Assembly (NCBI RefSeq): GCF_016433145.1
Contig: NC_058134.1
Coordinates: 197,495,804 to 197,559,803 of the forward strand
Source of the DNA: Gracilinanus agilis
Lineage: Eukaryota
Reading direction: 5' to 3'
Length of the DNA: 64,000 nt
A program made the translations under genes and the position numbers. The notes under the pieces were generated by a model. It made no database searches, was not told the origin of the DNA, and saw only the letters and a list, made by a program, of their open reading frames with translations. Every line of letters begins with the position of its first letter. The stretch's first letter is position 1. Below are positions 63,193 to 64,000 of the stretch, piece after piece.

Positions 63193-63953
63193 CTGTGGAG
63201 AGGGGAGAGAGGGGTGACATGTAAAACGAAGGTGCCTCTGCACCCCTGTGCCCACGCTGGGCCTCCCCCCTACCCTGGCCTCTAGAGAACACTCGCCGTT
63301 TCCCCACCATTCCCACCATTCCCGGCCACAACTCACCTTCCCCTGGAGGCAGCATGTAGAGGCACAGACAGACAAAGAGAAAGACATAATTTAACATCTT
63401 TAGGCTTAACATCCTGCAGCCCGAGAACCTTCCTCTCCCAGAACAGACCGAGGGCTGCCAGGACTTGGGACCTGACCCCGGAGTGCTGGGTCCCAGCCCT
63501 CGCCCCTGCCCCCATCCCTTCTCCGAAAGCCACCAATCAGATTTTGCCTGGGAGAAGCCCACTAATGCCGGGTAGGCCAGAGCCTTCCCTCTGAAGCTGC
63601 CACGAGTGTTGCCTTGTAACCCCTCAGGCTGGCAGCACGATCCCCCCAGTGAGCCGACAAAGGTGAGTGTCTAGAACGGAGGAGGGCAGCCCGACGATGT
63701 GGGAGGGGAAGGTCGCTCACCGAGTGAAGCTTTCATCCTGCAAGTTCAGCACGAGGTTGTCGGCCGTGAGATAGATTCTGTTCTGAGATGTGGCGATCTG
63801 AAGCCAAGGCAGGACAGGTAAGCCCCCTGCCCTCGGCCCGGCCCGGCCCCCTTGCGCCCCCCACCCCCCACTTACAGTTTTGGAGATGTTTTGGGCTGCC
63901 CGGATCTTCCGAAGCTTGATGTAGCCGGGGTTCTTGCTCAGAGCTTCCCCGAG
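63165..63953 (-). CDS. PHB2: Prohibitin-2, 3' partial: complement(join(63165-63192,63337-63342,63721-63797,63876-63953))
   Basis: [62 protein letters not shown]; the gene continues beyond the window. Confidence 0.96.
63337..63342 (-). CDS. PHB2: PHB2 6-nt microexon GGGAAG
   Basis: CCTCCAG|GGGAAG|GTGAGT; supplies the Gly-Ser of RGSD. Confidence 0.88.
63721..63797 (-). CDS. PHB2: PHB2 exon (77 nt)
   Basis: CAG|ATCGCC...ACTCG|GTGAGC. Confidence 0.95.
63876..63953 (-). CDS. PHB2: PHB2 exon (78 nt) with AC acceptor
   Basis: 26 codons; donor GTAAGT; upstream ...TCCTTAACTCTGCCCAC. Confidence 0.94.
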
Positions 63954-64000
63954 GTGGGCAGAGTTAAGGAGCCACAGACACAGACAGGCCTGACCTCACT

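Overview
Mammalian genomic DNA, most likely a didelphid marsupial (opossum-type tRNA-derived SINEs and MAR1-type SINEs), syntenic to human 12p13.31. Gene order, read by hand from splice sites and recalled human orthologues: ATN1 (+, complete CDS, 9 coding exons, 1202 aa); the functional U7 snRNA gene with DSE, PSE and 3' box; C12orf57 (+, 126 aa); PTPN6/SHP-1 (+, both alternative first exons, 596 aa from the haematopoietic start); a ~17 kb transposon-filled spacer; the miR-200c/miR-141 cluster (+); and the last four exons of PHB2 (-). The spacer holds a decayed minus-strand gamma-like ERV (LTR, env, integrase), a hAT MITE nested in the integrase, a second LTR and an L1 piece. There are three N-gaps. 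I see no wholly new gene system. The best unexplained signals are: (1) a decayed tandem copy of PTPN6 exon 9 in intron 10 that keeps its acceptor and could add an in-frame 9-aa cassette; (2) a stop-free, in-frame PTPN6 intron 3; (3) the TSD-flanked hAT MITE inside the ERV; (4) a split ATN1 polyQ; (5) the PHB2 U12-type AC acceptor and 6-nt microexon. No searches were run; family names and human comparisons come from memory.
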